The notes beneath the pieces are model-generated. The model saw only the letters and a list, made by a program, of their open reading frames with translations. It had not been told where the DNA came from and did no database searches. Shown here in pieces: positions 18,130 through 29,039 of a stretch of DNA of 64,000 bases. Position 1 is the first letter of the stretch. The number at the start of each line of letters is the position of its first letter. A program made the translations under genes and the position numbers. The stretch comes from Acidobacteriota bacterium (GTDB lineage Bacteria; Acidobacteriota; UBA890; WLXD01): NCBI GenBank assembly GCA_965205505.1, contig CBDBHB010000009.1, forward strand, positions 2,112,001 through 2,176,000. Reading direction: 5' to 3'.

Positions 18130-18971
18130 CCGGCCGCACGACGTTGCTCAGACCGGCCGCGCAAGCGCTCGCTCCATTGGATGGGAATCCGGTATTGGCC
18201 CAGCCGTGTATCGCCGCGCCCCGGACCATGAAAGTCAGATCCCCCGGAGGGTAGCAAACCGAGCCTGTCACACAATTCCATCAGGCTGCGCTGGCGTCCC
18301 GGGGAATGCCGCGGATGGCGCACCTCAATGCCGTCGAGGCCTAGCTCGCCTAGCTCGCCGAGCAGCGTCGCGCGGACGCGGCTGCTTCCCGGGTGCGCGA
18401 CCACGGCGACGCCGCCTGCACGGTGAATCGTAGAGATGGCATCCGCCGCGCTCGTCGACTGTTTCGGCACGAATGCTGGCCGCCCGATGCCCAGGTAGCG
18501 GTCGAAGCCCTCCTGCGAGGCGGCTACAACCCCGGCTCGTACCAGCGCGGCTGCCATGTGCGGTCGTCCGATCGGGGCGCCCGCCGCGATGTCGGTGACC
18601 GCCTCGAGGTCGATCGAAACGCCGAGACTCTGGAGGCGCGCGACCATTACCTCGGCGCGCTCGGCGCGAAAAGACCGTTGGCGCTCGGCGAGCTCGCCGA
18701 GCTCTGGAGTTGCCGGTTCGATGAACAAGCCCAGCATGTGAACCTCACGCCCCCTCGCGTGGCAGGAAAGCTCGATGCCGGGGACTACCTCGACGTTCGT
18801 GCTGCTGGCGGCGCGCTGCGCCGGCCCCACGCCGTTGAGGGTGTCGTGATCGGTGATAGCAAGCGCGTCGAGCTCGGCTTCGACAGCCGCCGCCACCAAC
18901 TCCTCGGGTGTCAGAACGCCGTCCGAGCAAGTCGTGTGCGCGTGCAGGTCAGCCGATTGTTCACCAGACAT
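18126..18971 (-). CDS. PHP-domain phosphoesterase (TrpH/YciV-like)
   Basis: DLHAHTTCSDG, ITDHD, GIELS, AHP and GGSDFHG motifs. Confidence 0.92.
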   Translation of the reverse strand: MSGEQSADLHAHTTCSDGVLTPEELVAAAVEAELDALAITDHDTLNGVGPAQRAASSTNVEVVPGIELSCHARGREVHMLGLFIEPATPELGELAERQRSFRAERAEVMVARLQSLGVSIDLEAVTDIAAGAPIGRPHMAAALVRAGVVAASQEGFDRYLGIGRPAFVPKQSTSAADAISTIHRAGGVAVVAHPGSSRVRATLLGELGELGLDGIEVRHPRHSPGRQRSLMELCDRLGLLPSGGSDFHGPGRGDTRLGQYRIPIQWSERLRGRSEQRRAAG

Positions 18972-19142
18972 GATTCGTCCACCAGGCGAGTCGGTGGCCC
19001 ACCCCAGTATGCGCCGCTGGCGAGTGTCCCGGAGCATGGAGCCGCGGTCAAGCCGAGCGCCGGGATTGGGCGGTGCCGGCTATAATTGTTGCCAGGGTCG
19101 AGAGGGCGTGACCTTTCTCATCCGCAGACGACGAGCGTTTTG

Positions 19143-20315
19143 ATGCCATCCGTGACCGAGGCCGTTGATCTCGGCCCGAGCCAAGACCAGGACCTGATCG
19201 CACAAAGCGTGCGGGAGTTCGCCGAAGCGGAGATTCGCCGCCATGTGCGCGCCTGGGATGAGGCGCAACAATTCCCGGACGAACTGCTGCGCCGCATGGG
19301 TGCGCTCGGTCTCATGGGCGTGATGGTGCCCGAGCAGTACGGCGGGGCGGGGATGGGCCCCCGGGAGCTCGCCACCGTGATCGAGGAGCTAGCGCGCGTC
19401 GACCCGTCGGTGGCGCTGTCGGTGGCCGCCCACAACGGACTCTGCATTGGGCACCTCATGATCGCCGCCGATGAGCACCAACGGCAACGCTACCTGCCCA
19501 GGCTGGCGACCGGTGAATGGATTGGCTGCTGGGGACTCACGGAGCCGCTCGCTGGTTCCGACGCGGCCGGCACGCAGACGCGCGCCGAGTTCGACGACTC
19601 GAGCGGCAAGTGGATTCTGAACGGCACCAAGACTTTCAACACCAATGGTGCCCGCGCAGACCTTGCCGTGATTCACGCGGTGACCTCCGCCGGCCACGGA
19701 AGCAAGGGAATATCGGCATTCGCTGTCGAGAGCGCTACCGCCGGCTACCACGTCGGTCGCAAGGAGGACAAACTCGGCATGCGCGCCAGCGACACGGTTG
19801 AGTTGGTGTTCGAGGAGTGCGCCGTGCCGGTAGAGAATCTGCTCGGCAAGCGAGACAGGGGTTTCATCGATGCGCTCAAGGTGCTCGACCGAGGTCGTAT
19901 CAGTATCGGCGCACTATCGGTCGGCATAGGACAAGCGGTGCTCGACGCGGCCGTCGACTACGCCCAAGAGCGACGACAGTTCGGACGTACGATTGACAGT
20001 TTCGAGGCCGTGCGCCACAAGTTGGCCCGCATGGGTGCCGAAGTCGGAGCGGCGCGCCTCATGGTGACGCGCGCGGCGATGCTGCGCGAGGCCGGCAGGC
20101 CGTTCAAGAGCGCTGCTTCGATGGCGAAACTCTACGCCTCCGAGGTTGGCATGCGCGCCGCAGAAGCCGCGGTCCAGATCCATGGCGGATACGGTTACGT
20201 GAAGGACTATCCGGTCGAGAAGTACTTCCGCGACGCTAAACTCTGCACCATCGGCGAAGGAACATCGGAGATCCAGCGAATGGTTATCGCGCGACAACTC
20301 ACCGCGGCAGTTTAA
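19143..20315 (+). CDS. Canonical acyl-CoA dehydrogenase
   Basis: GLTEP.AGSD and KLGMRAS motifs; [19 protein letters not shown] retains the catalytic Glu. Confidence 0.93.
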   Translation: MPSVTEAVDLGPSQDQDLIAQSVREFAEAEIRRHVRAWDEAQQFPDELLRRMGALGLMGVMVPEQYGGAGMGPRELATVIEELARVDPSVALSVAAHNGLCIGHLMIAADEHQRQRYLPRLATGEWIGCWGLTEPLAGSDAAGTQTRAEFDDSSGKWILNGTKTFNTNGARADLAVIHAVTSAGHGSKGISAFAVESATAGYHVGRKEDKLGMRASDTVELVFEECAVPVENLLGKRDRGFIDALKVLDRGRISIGALSVGIGQAVLDAAVDYAQERRQFGRTIDSFEAVRHKLARMGAEVGAARLMVTRAAMLREAGRPFKSAASMAKLYASEVGMRAAEAAVQIHGGYGYVKDYPVEKYFRDAKLCTIGEGTSEIQRMVIARQLTAAV

Positions 20316-20319
20316 GAGG

Positions 20320-20742
20320 ATGTTCAACGCCATACCGGTGGGACCTCTCGATCACGTTGCAATCGCTGTTCACGACCTCGAGGCGGCGGCAAAGCGCCTC
20401 GGGGGGCCATTCGGTGTGGAGCTCTCGCATCGGGAAGAGATCGCTGACGCCGATGTGGAGGTCGGGTTCCTCGAGCTCCCCGGGCAGACGAGCATCGAGC
20501 TCGTTTGCCCGACGACCGACGACACACCGCTGGCGAGATTCCTTGGCCAACGCGGCGAGGCGCTACATCACATCTGTTTCCGAGTCGACGATGTGGTTGC
20601 TGCGCTGGCTGCCGCCAAGCGAGCCGGGCTCGATCTGATCGACCACAAACCACGTCCCGGAGCGCGCGGCTCGCGTATCGCGTTTCTGCACCCGCGGTCA
20701 GTCGGTGGCCTCCTAGTGGAGCTCAAGCAAAAGGCTCAGTAG
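20320..20742 (+). CDS. mce: Methylmalonyl-CoA epimerase (VOC family)
   Basis: DHVAIAV, IELV, LHHICFRVDD and AFLHPRS.GG.LVEL motifs. Confidence 0.85.
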   Translation: MFNAIPVGPLDHVAIAVHDLEAAAKRLGGPFGVELSHREEIADADVEVGFLELPGQTSIELVCPTTDDTPLARFLGQRGEALHHICFRVDDVVAALAAAKRAGLDLIDHKPRPGARGSRIAFLHPRSVGGLLVELKQKAQ

Positions 20743-20761
20743 GGCGGACTGGCGGAACCGG

Positions 20762-21949
20762 CTATTGGTCCTGGTCTTCGGCTCGCGGCTCAGGTCCGCG
20801 CTGGGGCGTGAATAACCGCACCGTGCCGTCGTTTTCGACGACAGCTACTGCACCTGGGCCTACTCCGGGCGGCAGACTGAGGTCGCTTGTGGCGGTCAAC
20901 AGCACGACGCGCGGAAATCCCGGATCCGCCGGGCTGATGGGGCGCAGCGGGCCGCGCACCAGGGTCCACGGCCCCGGCTGGGGGCTGGCGATAACCCATC
21001 GTCCCCAGACCACCAGGTCGGCATAGATGCGTCCCGCAAGCGGTACCCGATGCCTGTGGCTGCCGCCACCGATCGTATAGGCATGCAGCGCTGCATCGAG
21101 CCCGGCAACCCATACGAGATCGCCGACAACCGCCGGTGCACCCGCAACACGCACACCGATCTCCTTGCTCCTCCAGCGCCGCTTGCCGTTCTCGGCGTCG
21201 AGAGCGACGATCCGGTTATCGCTGGCAACGACGAAGAGCGTCCCCGCGATGGCGGTGGGCCGGGGCCCGCCGGCCTCGACGCTATCGCTGCTCCAGAGTA
21301 CCTGGCCGTCGCGCACGTTGAGGGCGTGGACGCGCCGGTCCGCCGTGACCACGAATATCCGCTGGTCGGGTGGGCTGGCGGTCAAAAAGCCAACGCCTTC
21401 CAGCTCCGTCCGCCAGACCGGCACGATGGTTGGCGTGCCCTCGTCATTGAGCCGTAAAGCGTAGACGCCAGCGGGATCCGCCACATAGATGCGTCGACCG
21501 ATAGTGGTGGTGTCGAGGGGAGTCGCCGCGATGGCGAGCGCGGTCTTGGTACGGCCGAGTGCATCGAGCCAAAGCCAACGTTCGTCGGTGGCGATGAGGA
21601 CGCCGTCGCTGATGGCGATCGGCGCCAGCGTGATCTCGGATGCCATGCGCAGCTGCCACAGCATGTTGCCGTTGTCCCGGTCACGAGCCAGCATCTGGGT
21701 CCCGTAGGCGATGAACACCGCGCTTGTGCCCAGCGCCGGTACCTGCGATGGTGCGTCCGGTTCGTCGTCGTTGTCGATGTCGAGCTCAGACTCGACTTTC
21801 CAGTGTTCGCGCAGCGCCACCGGTTCCACGTCCGCCGGTTCTACGCGCACGGGAATCGGTGCGAGGGGGTCGGTGATGCCCCCTGCGCCGCAGGCAGCTG
21901 ACAGGATGGCAAGCCCGAGCCCGAGCGAGGCCGGACGCAGCCAGCTCAT
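20762..21949 (-). CDS. PQQ-like beta-propeller lipoprotein (BamB-like)
   Basis: Lipobox-like LSAAC; repeated A[LR][DN]xxxGxxxW motifs; ATGA overlap with nadK. Confidence 0.75.
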   Translation of the reverse strand: MSWLRPASLGLGLAILSAACGAGGITDPLAPIPVRVEPADVEPVALREHWKVESELDIDNDDEPDAPSQVPALGTSAVFIAYGTQMLARDRDNGNMLWQLRMASEITLAPIAISDGVLIATDERWLWLDALGRTKTALAIAATPLDTTTIGRRIYVADPAGVYALRLNDEGTPTIVPVWRTELEGVGFLTASPPDQRIFVVTADRRVHALNVRDGQVLWSSDSVEAGGPRPTAIAGTLFVVASDNRIVALDAENGKRRWRSKEIGVRVAGAPAVVGDLVWVAGLDAALHAYTIGGGSHRHRVPLAGRIYADLVVWGRWVIASPQPGPWTLVRGPLRPISPADPGFPRVVLLTATSDLSLPPGVGPGAVAVVENDGTVRLFTPQRGPEPRAEDQDQ

Positions 21950-22839
21950 CGGGACCCCCACTGCAGCTTGGTGCGCAAGATATCGAAGTACGATCGCGGT
22001 ACCGGCTGCAGCAGGCGCACAGCTAGGGGAGACTTCCGAATGGTTACCGTCTCGCCGGCATACAGCTTGAAACCAGCCTGCCCATCCAGGGTGAGGATGA
22101 CCTCCTGATTACGCGATTCGTGGCGAATCTTCACTACCGCGTCACCTGGCAGCACGAGCGGGCGGTTAGTCAAAGTGTGCGGGCAAATGGGTGTCAGAAC
22201 GATCGCATCGACCTCTGGCATGACGATGGGGCCGCCAGCGGCGAGCGAATATGCGGTCGAGCCGGTTGTAGTGCAAACGATCAGACCGTCGGATGCGAAC
22301 GAGCTCACCAGATCGTCGTTGACCATGGCAGTAAGCTCGACGATCCGCGCCAGGTCGGTCTTGTTGATTACCGCATCGTTGAGCACGTCATGCTTCACTG
22401 GCTGGTCGCGTGCCGCGCCCTCGAGCTCAGCGCGAAGCATGCTTCGCTCGCTGCTGATGTAGTGTCCGTCGAGGACGCTCTCGGTCGCCTCGATGAGCTC
22501 ATCGCGCGGGGTGGCGGTAAGGAACCCGAGACCGCCGTAGTTGACCCCGAGCACGGGGACACCAGCAGCCGCCGCGAACCGCGCAATCGACAGCAACGTA
22601 CCGTCGCCACCGAGTACCACCAGCAAGTCGACCCCAGCGGCGAGCGCTCGTCGCTCTGTACCACTATCACCAGTCTCCAGCATGCTGGCGGCTTCGATAT
22701 CGAGCTGTACCTCGATGTTGCGAGCGTCCAGCCGCTCGAGCAGACCTTGGAGGGCGCGAGCCACGCTGGGGTTGCTGCCCTTCGCAACGATCCCGATGCG
22801 CCGGAAGCTCGTCGAGACGGCCGCGGCACCGTCAATCAT
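21946..22839 (-). CDS. nadK: NAD kinase
   Basis: GGDGT, ND, DGLIVCTTTGSTAYSLAAGGP and PICPHTL motifs. Confidence 0.95.
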   Translation of the reverse strand: MIDGAAAVSTSFRRIGIVAKGSNPSVARALQGLLERLDARNIEVQLDIEAASMLETGDSGTERRALAAGVDLLVVLGGDGTLLSIARFAAAAGVPVLGVNYGGLGFLTATPRDELIEATESVLDGHYISSERSMLRAELEGAARDQPVKHDVLNDAVINKTDLARIVELTAMVNDDLVSSFASDGLIVCTTTGSTAYSLAAGGPIVMPEVDAIVLTPICPHTLTNRPLVLPGDAVVKIRHESRNQEVILTLDGQAGFKLYAGETVTIRKSPLAVRLLQPVPRSYFDILRTKLQWGSR

Positions 22840-23638
22840 CGGGTATCTCTAGCTGGTCGAGCCAGCGCGTATCTCCGGCAGCGACCGCACCCGGCTCGCG
22901 GCCGAGGTGGAGGAAGCACTCCCAGTTCCCACGTGGTCCCCGTAGAGGGCTCGGATAGGCACGATGTACGCGCCAACCAAGCTCCCGAGCTCCGGCGGCC
23001 ACAGCCTGAACCGTGCGCTGGCGGATGTCCGCGGAACGCACGACTCCGCCACGCTCGACGTCGTTGGGGCCGGCTTCGAACTGTGGCTTTACTAGTACGA
23101 GCGCCTGGCATCGAGGGTCACTCAGGTGGGTTGTCGCGGGGAGTATTTTGAGCAAACCTATGAAGGATACGTCGACGGTGAGCACCGTGATTGCCCCCGG
23201 GAGCTCGCGTGGCAATGATTCGGCGGTAAGGTGACGTGCATTGGTGCGCTCCAGGACGTGCACGCGCGTATCCTGACGGAGCTTCCATGCGAGTTGACCG
23301 TATCCAACGTCGACTGCCACGACCGCTGCGGCGCCGTGCTGCAGGAGGCAATCGGTGAAGCCTCCTGTGGAAGCGCCCACGTCGAGGCACGTTGCCGCGG
23401 ATATGTCGATGCCGGAGGCCGCGAGGGTCGGCTCCAGCTTGTCGCCGCCACGGCTGACGTAGCGCGGTGCCTTCGCGACCGCGAGGGTTGCCGCGGTTTT
23501 GACTGGCGTCCCGGGCTTGTGAACCGCGTGCCCGTCAACTCGAACTTGGCCGGCAAGGACGAGGCGACGCGCCATGCTACGGCTGGCCACGAGACCGCGA
23601 TCGACGAGCGCCTGATCGAGTCGGACGGGCGCAGCCAC
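22832..23638 (-). CDS. tlyA: TlyA-family rRNA methyltransferase
   Basis: S4 domain RLDQ; YVSRGGDKL, DVGASTGGFTD and LVKPQFE motifs. Confidence 0.93.
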   Translation of the reverse strand: MAAPVRLDQALVDRGLVASRSMARRLVLAGQVRVDGHAVHKPGTPVKTAATLAVAKAPRYVSRGGDKLEPTLAASGIDISAATCLDVGASTGGFTDCLLQHGAAAVVAVDVGYGQLAWKLRQDTRVHVLERTNARHLTAESLPRELPGAITVLTVDVSFIGLLKILPATTHLSDPRCQALVLVKPQFEAGPNDVERGGVVRSADIRQRTVQAVAAGARELGWRVHRAYPSPLRGPRGNWECFLHLGREPGAVAAGDTRWLDQLEIPDD

Positions 23639-24564
23639 TAGCTCGTGCGGTCGACGATCAGTCGGGCCAGGCCGCGTAGCGCGGCGGCCTCGGCTCCGAA
23701 GCGTCCCAACGCCGCGATCGCCGTTTCGCGCAAGCACGTCGCTTCGGCACGCGCCGCCTCGACACCGATCAGGGCCGGAAACGTGGGCTGACCGCGCGCC
23801 GCGTCGCCGCCTGGTCGCTTGCCCAGCTCATCGATGTCGCCTTCCACATCGAGCAAGTCGTCCACTACCTGAAAGGCGAGGCCGATGGAGTCGCCGTAAC
23901 GCTCGAGCGCATCACATTCGGCGTCGCTGGCGGCCCCGACCAGGCCGCCACAGACTACCGCGGCGGTGAGCAACGCCCCGGTCTTTGCAGCATGCAGACC
24001 GCGCAACGCTGGCAGCGCGATCGGCTCGCCGGTAGCCTCGATGTCTAATGTTTGGCCGCCGCACATGCCGATGCTGCCTGCGGCAGTTGCGACTCGCCGC
24101 GTCGCCGCCATCCATCCGTGAGGATTCGTGGCGTCGCTTGCGGCCTTCAGCAGGGTCTCGAACGCCAACGCTTGCAATGCGTCACCGGCGAGAATCGCGA
24201 CCGCCTCCCCGAAGACCACGTGACACGTTGGTTGACCGCGCCGGAGCTCCTCGTTGTCGAAGGCCGGGAGATCGTCGTGGATGAGCGAATAGGTGTGGAT
24301 CAGCTCGATGGCGCAGGCTGCCGCCAGTACCTCCGATGGTTCCACATTGCATGCGCGACCGGCCGCGATGGTCAGTAGCGGGCGAAGTCGCTTGCCGCCG
24401 CCGAGGGCGGAATGACGCATGGCGCGGTGCAGGCTCTGCGGCTCACGGTTGGCCGCCGGTAGCAGGTGTTCGAGCTCGTCGTCGACGCGCACTCTCTCTT
24501 GCGCAACGAACTCCCGGAGGTCGAAATCGGCACCGGCCGTAGTGGGTTCTGGCTCAACCATCAC
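23638..24564 (-). CDS. ispA: Polyprenyl (farnesyl) diphosphate synthase
   Basis: GGKRLRP, SLIHDDLP and FQVVDDLLD motifs. Confidence 0.92.
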   Translation of the reverse strand: MMVEPEPTTAGADFDLREFVAQERVRVDDELEHLLPAANREPQSLHRAMRHSALGGGKRLRPLLTIAAGRACNVEPSEVLAAACAIELIHTYSLIHDDLPAFDNEELRRGQPTCHVVFGEAVAILAGDALQALAFETLLKAASDATNPHGWMAATRRVATAAGSIGMCGGQTLDIEATGEPIALPALRGLHAAKTGALLTAAVVCGGLVGAASDAECDALERYGDSIGLAFQVVDDLLDVEGDIDELGKRPGGDAARGQPTFPALIGVEAARAEATCLRETAIAALGRFGAEAAALRGLARLIVDRTS

Positions 24565-24814
24565 CAGTCTCGGCGGGAGCCCCCAGCGGCGTGGTGAGCG
24601 GCTCTCCCTCGAGATCGCGAGTCAGGAGCTCGAGCTTGGCTTCGACCCCGGTAAGTCGATCGCGGCAGGCACGGAACAGTCCCACGGCGCGCTCGTATAC
24701 CTCGAGTGCCTGTTCGAGCGGGATATCACCCTCCTCTAACTCACGTGCCAGACTCTCGAGTTGTTCGAGAGCGGCGTCGAAGCCGAGGTCATCGGCGGGA
24801 GGTTCGGCAGACAT
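24554..24814 (-). CDS. xseB: Exodeoxyribonuclease VII small subunit
   Basis: FDAALEQLE....LEEGDIPLEQALEVYE motif; start placed at ATG 24814. Confidence 0.9.
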   Translation of the reverse strand: MSAEPPADDLGFDAALEQLESLARELEEGDIPLEQALEVYERAVGLFRACRDRLTGVEAKLELLTRDLEGEPLTTPLGAPAETGDG

Positions 24815-24834
24815 GATCAGGACACTAACACCTG

Positions 24835-25113
24835 CTAGCAGGCCGTGGAGAAAGTGTGGTGGGTCTGGCAACAGGGTCTTGCGAAGTGGAGGCAAGGAGA
24901 GAGGACGAGGCGATGGTTGCCCCATCGTTGACGAGGAACGACGCAGCATACGCGCGCAACCCCCTGTCGCCCGAAGGGTTACGGCGATTTGGGGCCATTT
25001 GCGGCGTTGGCCTTCCTCGACGATGGCTAGGGCATCGCCAGTGTCAGGCCGCCTTGCATCTGGCCCCAACTCGCCGTAACCAGACCCATCACACTTTCAC
25101 CACGGCCTGCTAG
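24835..25113. mobile_element. Intact type-B MITE-like element: 34-bp terminal inverted repeats (including CTAG) and two inverted core hairpin units
   Basis: CTAGCAGGCCGTGGAGAAAGTGTGGTGGGTCTGG versus the reverse complement of the right end, CTAGCAGGCCGTGGTGAAAGTGTGATGGGTCTGG (2 mismatches); inserted between xseA and xseB. Confidence 0.85.
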
Positions 25114-26483
25114 CTCTTCGTCGAGTGCGCCACTACTTCACAGTCTAGCCACCCACGACGTACGGTCACGGAAACCCGGTCGCCGTTGGCCACACGCTCT
25201 GCGTCGCGTACCAATGCCCCCGACGCATCCTGACAAAGGGCGTATCCTCGCCCAAGAACCGCCAGCGGACTCATCGCCTCGGTTCGGGCGGCCGTCGAAG
25301 CAAGCCGCTCTCGGGCGCTGTGTAGGCGCCCGCGCATCATCGTCTGTAGTGCTTCTGAAGCGGTATGCAATCGGGCGGCTCGGTGCTCGGCAACGCGTTG
25401 AGGCGAATGGCGGCCGGTGCGCGACGCGGCAGCTTCGAGCCGAGCACGTCCAGCTTCGAGCTGGCGTCGGACGGATGCGCCGGTACTCGACCAGGCCGCG
25501 TCCAGTCGCTGGTGATAGGCAGTCAGCCTTCGCTCCGGGCGCTCGAGCGCGCGTCTCAGAAAGTTATCCTGTAGCCGCTCGCGGGCCTGTCGGGCACGGC
25601 GGTCAACGGCGGATTCTGCCCGCCGGGCCGCACCGCGCAGCCGGCGCACAAGATCGCTACGGGCCGGCGCGACGATCTCGGCCGCGGCGGTGGGAGTCGC
25701 GGCGCGACGATCACCGATCAAGTCGGCGATCGTGACGTCGATCTCGTGTCCGACAGCACTGATCACCGGGATTCGCGAGGTGACGATGGCCCGCGCCACC
25801 CGTTCATCGTTGAATGCCCCTAGATCTTCGCGCGAACCGCCACCGCGTCCGACGATCATCACGTCGGCTTGGCCGTGCTGATTCAGCAGCTCGATCGCGG
25901 CAACGATGTCTCCTGGGGCGCGATCACCCTGCACTGTTGCCGGCACCAGTAGAACGCGCATCCCGACCTGGCGACGCTCCCAAACCCGTGTCATGTCGTG
26001 CCAGGCAGCTCCGTCCGGACTGGTTACCACACCGACGCACCTCGGCAGCAAAGGAAGGGTGCGTTTGCGCTGCTCGTCGAACAGTCCCTCGGCCGCGAGC
26101 CTGCGCTTGAGTTGCTCGAATGCGAGTTGTTGTGCGCCCCAACCTCGGGGTTCCAGGAGGTTGGCGATCAGCTGGAATCGGCCGGCACGGACGAACAGCG
26201 AAAGACGGCCGAAGGCCGTGACCTCGAGGCCCTCTTCGACCTCGAACGCGACGCCGATGTTGTCGCTGCGAAACATCGCTACCGGCAAGACTGCGTGCTC
26301 GTCCTTGAGATCGAAGTACCAATGTCCGCTTGCCTGTGCGCGGAAGTTGGAAACCTCGCCCTGCACCCATACGGCGGAGTATGTGGTCTCCAGGCACCAC
26401 TTGGCGTCTTCGACCAGGTCGCTGACCGACCATACGCGACGATCCGCCGCGCCAGTGAGCGGTAGCGCCCCCTGGTTGGTCAC
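25110..26483 (-). CDS. xseA: Exodeoxyribonuclease VII large subunit
   Basis: GEVSNF, SGHWYF.LKD, RGGGS.EDL, SAVGHE.D, TPTAAAE and L.RGY motifs; GTGA overlap with ymdB. Confidence 0.95.
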   Translation of the reverse strand: MTNQGALPLTGAADRRVWSVSDLVEDAKWCLETTYSAVWVQGEVSNFRAQASGHWYFDLKDEHAVLPVAMFRSDNIGVAFEVEEGLEVTAFGRLSLFVRAGRFQLIANLLEPRGWGAQQLAFEQLKRRLAAEGLFDEQRKRTLPLLPRCVGVVTSPDGAAWHDMTRVWERRQVGMRVLLVPATVQGDRAPGDIVAAIELLNQHGQADVMIVGRGGGSREDLGAFNDERVARAIVTSRIPVISAVGHEIDVTIADLIGDRRAATPTAAAEIVAPARSDLVRRLRGAARRAESAVDRRARQARERLQDNFLRRALERPERRLTAYHQRLDAAWSSTGASVRRQLEAGRARLEAAASRTGRHSPQRVAEHRAARLHTASEALQTMMRGRLHSARERLASTAARTEAMSPLAVLGRGYALCQDASGALVRDAERVANGDRVSVTVRRGWLDCEVVAHSTKS

Positions 26484-27274
26484 CGCGAGCTTGCCAGCGG
26501 TGGATCGATGATTTGATGAATACTGAGTGCGCGACCTGTCGCAGGGTCGGCCTCGACAACAACGCCCGCTACGCAGAGGTTGCCATTGGCCACCTGGAAG
26601 CGCACCGGCCGCGCGCTCAACAAACGTTCGATGGCCAGGTCGGGCCGCGTTCCGATGACCGAGTCGTACGGACCTGTCATTCCGACGTCGGTGCAGAACG
26701 CCGTGCCACCCGGAAGGATGCGGGCGTCGGCTGTGGGCACGTGCGTGTGGGTTCCCAGTACAGCAGTGACCCGACCATCGCAGTACCAACCCATGGCCAG
26801 CTTCTCGGACGTCGCTTCGGCATGCATGTCGAGCAGGACGATGCGGGCACGTCCACCTATTTCGTCCAAAATCCGATCAATCGCCTGGAACGGGCAGTCG
26901 AGCGCCGGCATGAAGACTCTGCCCTGGAGGTTGACTACGGCGACCTCGACCCCGCGACGGCTGCGGCCCAGGAACAAGCCACTGCCGGCACTTGGAGCTG
27001 GATAATTGTCGGGACGCAGCAGGCGTGTCTCGGAGCGCAAATACCCTTCGATCGCTCCTTGCGCCCAAATGTGATTGCCGCTCGTGATCACGTCAACACC
27101 GAGTGCCAGGATCTGGTCGGCCATTGCCGGCGTGATGCCGCGGCCGCCCGCCGAGTTCTCGCCGTTAACGATCGTGAAGTCCACCTGCCACTGGCGCTGC
27201 AATGGTCCGAGCCGCTCGGCGAGTACCTGACGCCCAGGCTTTCCCACCACGTCACCGAGGAACAGGAGCTTCAA
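26480..27274 (-). CDS. ymdB: YmdB-family metallophosphoesterase
   Basis: [27 protein letters not shown] and DVGMTGP motifs. Confidence 0.92.
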   Translation of the reverse strand: MKLLFLGDVVGKPGRQVLAERLGPLQRQWQVDFTIVNGENSAGGRGITPAMADQILALGVDVITSGNHIWAQGAIEGYLRSETRLLRPDNYPAPSAGSGLFLGRSRRGVEVAVVNLQGRVFMPALDCPFQAIDRILDEIGGRARIVLLDMHAEATSEKLAMGWYCDGRVTAVLGTHTHVPTADARILPGGTAFCTDVGMTGPYDSVIGTRPDLAIERLLSARPVRFQVANGNLCVAGVVVEADPATGRALSIHQIIDPPLASSR

Positions 27275-28842
27275 TGGGCGATCTCCACCGCTCGGGTCTC
27301 ACGGATAACCGTGACTTTGATCTCGCCGGGATACTGCACTTCGCGCTGGATGCGATTCGCGATATCGCGCGAAAGCCAGATCGACTCGATGTCGCTGACC
27401 TTGCCGGATTCGACGATGATACGCAGCTCGCGCCCCGCCTGAATGGCGTAGGATTTGGCAACCCCGCGGAACGAATCGGCGATCTGTTCGAGCTTTTGCA
27501 AACGCTTCACGTACGTCTCGAGCATGTCGCGTCGCGCACCCGGGCGGGCTGCCGATAACGCGTCTGCGGCTTGTACGATGACCGCCTCTACGGTGGCCGG
27601 CTCGACGTCGAAATGGTGTGCCTCCATCGCGTGTACGACCTCCTTGGATTCGCCGTACTTGCGAAGCAACTTGATACCTATCTGCAGATGCGTCCCTTCT
27701 ATTTCTTGGTCGACAGCTTTGCCGACGTCATGCAATAGCCCGCCGCGGCGTGCAACCGTGTGGTCGGCGCCGAGCTCGGCCGCGATGATGCCCGAAATCG
27801 TCGCGACTTCGATCGAATGGCGAAGCACATTCTGACCATACGAGGTACGGAATTTCAGCATGCCGAGGAGGCGAAGTAACTCCGGCGCCATGTCGTGAAT
27901 GCCGATCTCGGTCGCGGCGCTGGTCCCATCGACGAGGATCTGCTCTTCGATCTCCTCACGCACCCTTTGCACGACCTCCTCGATCCGGGCCGGGTGAATG
28001 CGACCGTCCGAAACCAGCCGATCCAACGCGAGTTTCGCAATCTCGCGCCGGAAGGGATCGAAGCTCGAGATCAGCACGGCCTCCGGCGTGTCGTCGACGA
28101 TCAGGTTGACACCCGTCATCATCTCGAACGCACGAATATTGCGGCCTTCTCGCCCGATTACGCGCCCCTTCATATCATCCGAGGGCAGCGCTACGACGGA
28201 CACGGTGTTCTCGGCCACGTGGTTGCTGGCGCACCGTTGGATTGCCGTTGCCACGACGCGGTTGGCTTCCCGAGTGGCGTTGGTCTTGGCCTCGTCGATA
28301 ATGCGAGTTGCTTGCCGTGCCCCTTCTTCCTTTGCCTCGCGTGCCATCGCTCGAACCAACTGCGCTTTGGCGTCCTCGCGGTGGTAGTGCGCAGCTTTCT
28401 CGAGTTGTGTCACAGCTTCGTCACGACGCTGCGCGGCCTCTTCGCGCAACAGGTTCACGTCGCGCTCCCTGCCCTGCAGGCGGTCGTCATAGTGTTTGAG
28501 CTTGCGCTCACGCTCGTCGATTCGGTTGGCGCGTCGCTCGAGCGACTCTTGCCGCTCGTGTATGCGTGCCTCGGCCTCGGCCATGTGTTGACGGCGCTCG
28601 CGCGACTCGGCATCAAGTGCCTGGCGCTCGGCGTGGAGCTGTTCGCGCCCTTCTATGCGCGTTTCCTTCAGCAGCACAGCTGCCTGAAGTTCAGCGTCCT
28701 CGATGAGCCGCCCGGCTTTGCCTCGTGCCCTGCCCAGGTCCTCTCGGGCGCCGGGCCGTCCGCGCATGAAGAACCAAACGATGACAACAAGAACCGCGAG
28801 GCCTGCGATTGTGCCCGCCCCTGCGATGAACTCCTGCGACAT
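27271..28842 (-). CDS. rny: Ribonuclease Y
   Basis: N-terminal TM helix and coiled coil; KH motif [13 protein letters not shown]; HD motif LLHDVGK; SAARPGAR. Confidence 0.96.
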   Translation of the reverse strand: MSQEFIAGAGTIAGLAVLVVIVWFFMRGRPGAREDLGRARGKAGRLIEDAELQAAVLLKETRIEGREQLHAERQALDAESRERRQHMAEAEARIHERQESLERRANRIDERERKLKHYDDRLQGRERDVNLLREEAAQRRDEAVTQLEKAAHYHREDAKAQLVRAMAREAKEEGARQATRIIDEAKTNATREANRVVATAIQRCASNHVAENTVSVVALPSDDMKGRVIGREGRNIRAFEMMTGVNLIVDDTPEAVLISSFDPFRREIAKLALDRLVSDGRIHPARIEEVVQRVREEIEEQILVDGTSAATEIGIHDMAPELLRLLGMLKFRTSYGQNVLRHSIEVATISGIIAAELGADHTVARRGGLLHDVGKAVDQEIEGTHLQIGIKLLRKYGESKEVVHAMEAHHFDVEPATVEAVIVQAADALSAARPGARRDMLETYVKRLQKLEQIADSFRGVAKSYAIQAGRELRIIVESGKVSDIESIWLSRDIANRIQREVQYPGEIKVTVIRETRAVEIAH

Positions 28843-28865
28843 GTCACCCCCTCCGGGCTCCGGAG

Positions 28866-29025
28866 GCGACAGACGAGTCTATGGGCGATCTAGGGCGTTC
28901 GAGGCTTCGGTGCAGCCACGTATCGGGCAGACAGGCGAAAGGTGCGCCGTGCAGGGAGCGGAGGTTCAACCAGCGAGCGACTGTCGCGCTTGCAATCCTC
29001 CACAGATGCACTCGTCAGGGCGTTT
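28866..29025 (-). ncRNA. ssrS: Probable 6S RNA
   Basis: Lies between zapA and rny. The ends pair (GACGAGT/ACTCGTC and TCTGTGG/CCATAGA), with a 5' CCCTG and an internal TTGAACC. Boundaries are approximate. Confidence 0.65.
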
Positions 29026-29039
29026 TACCGTTCGTTGCC

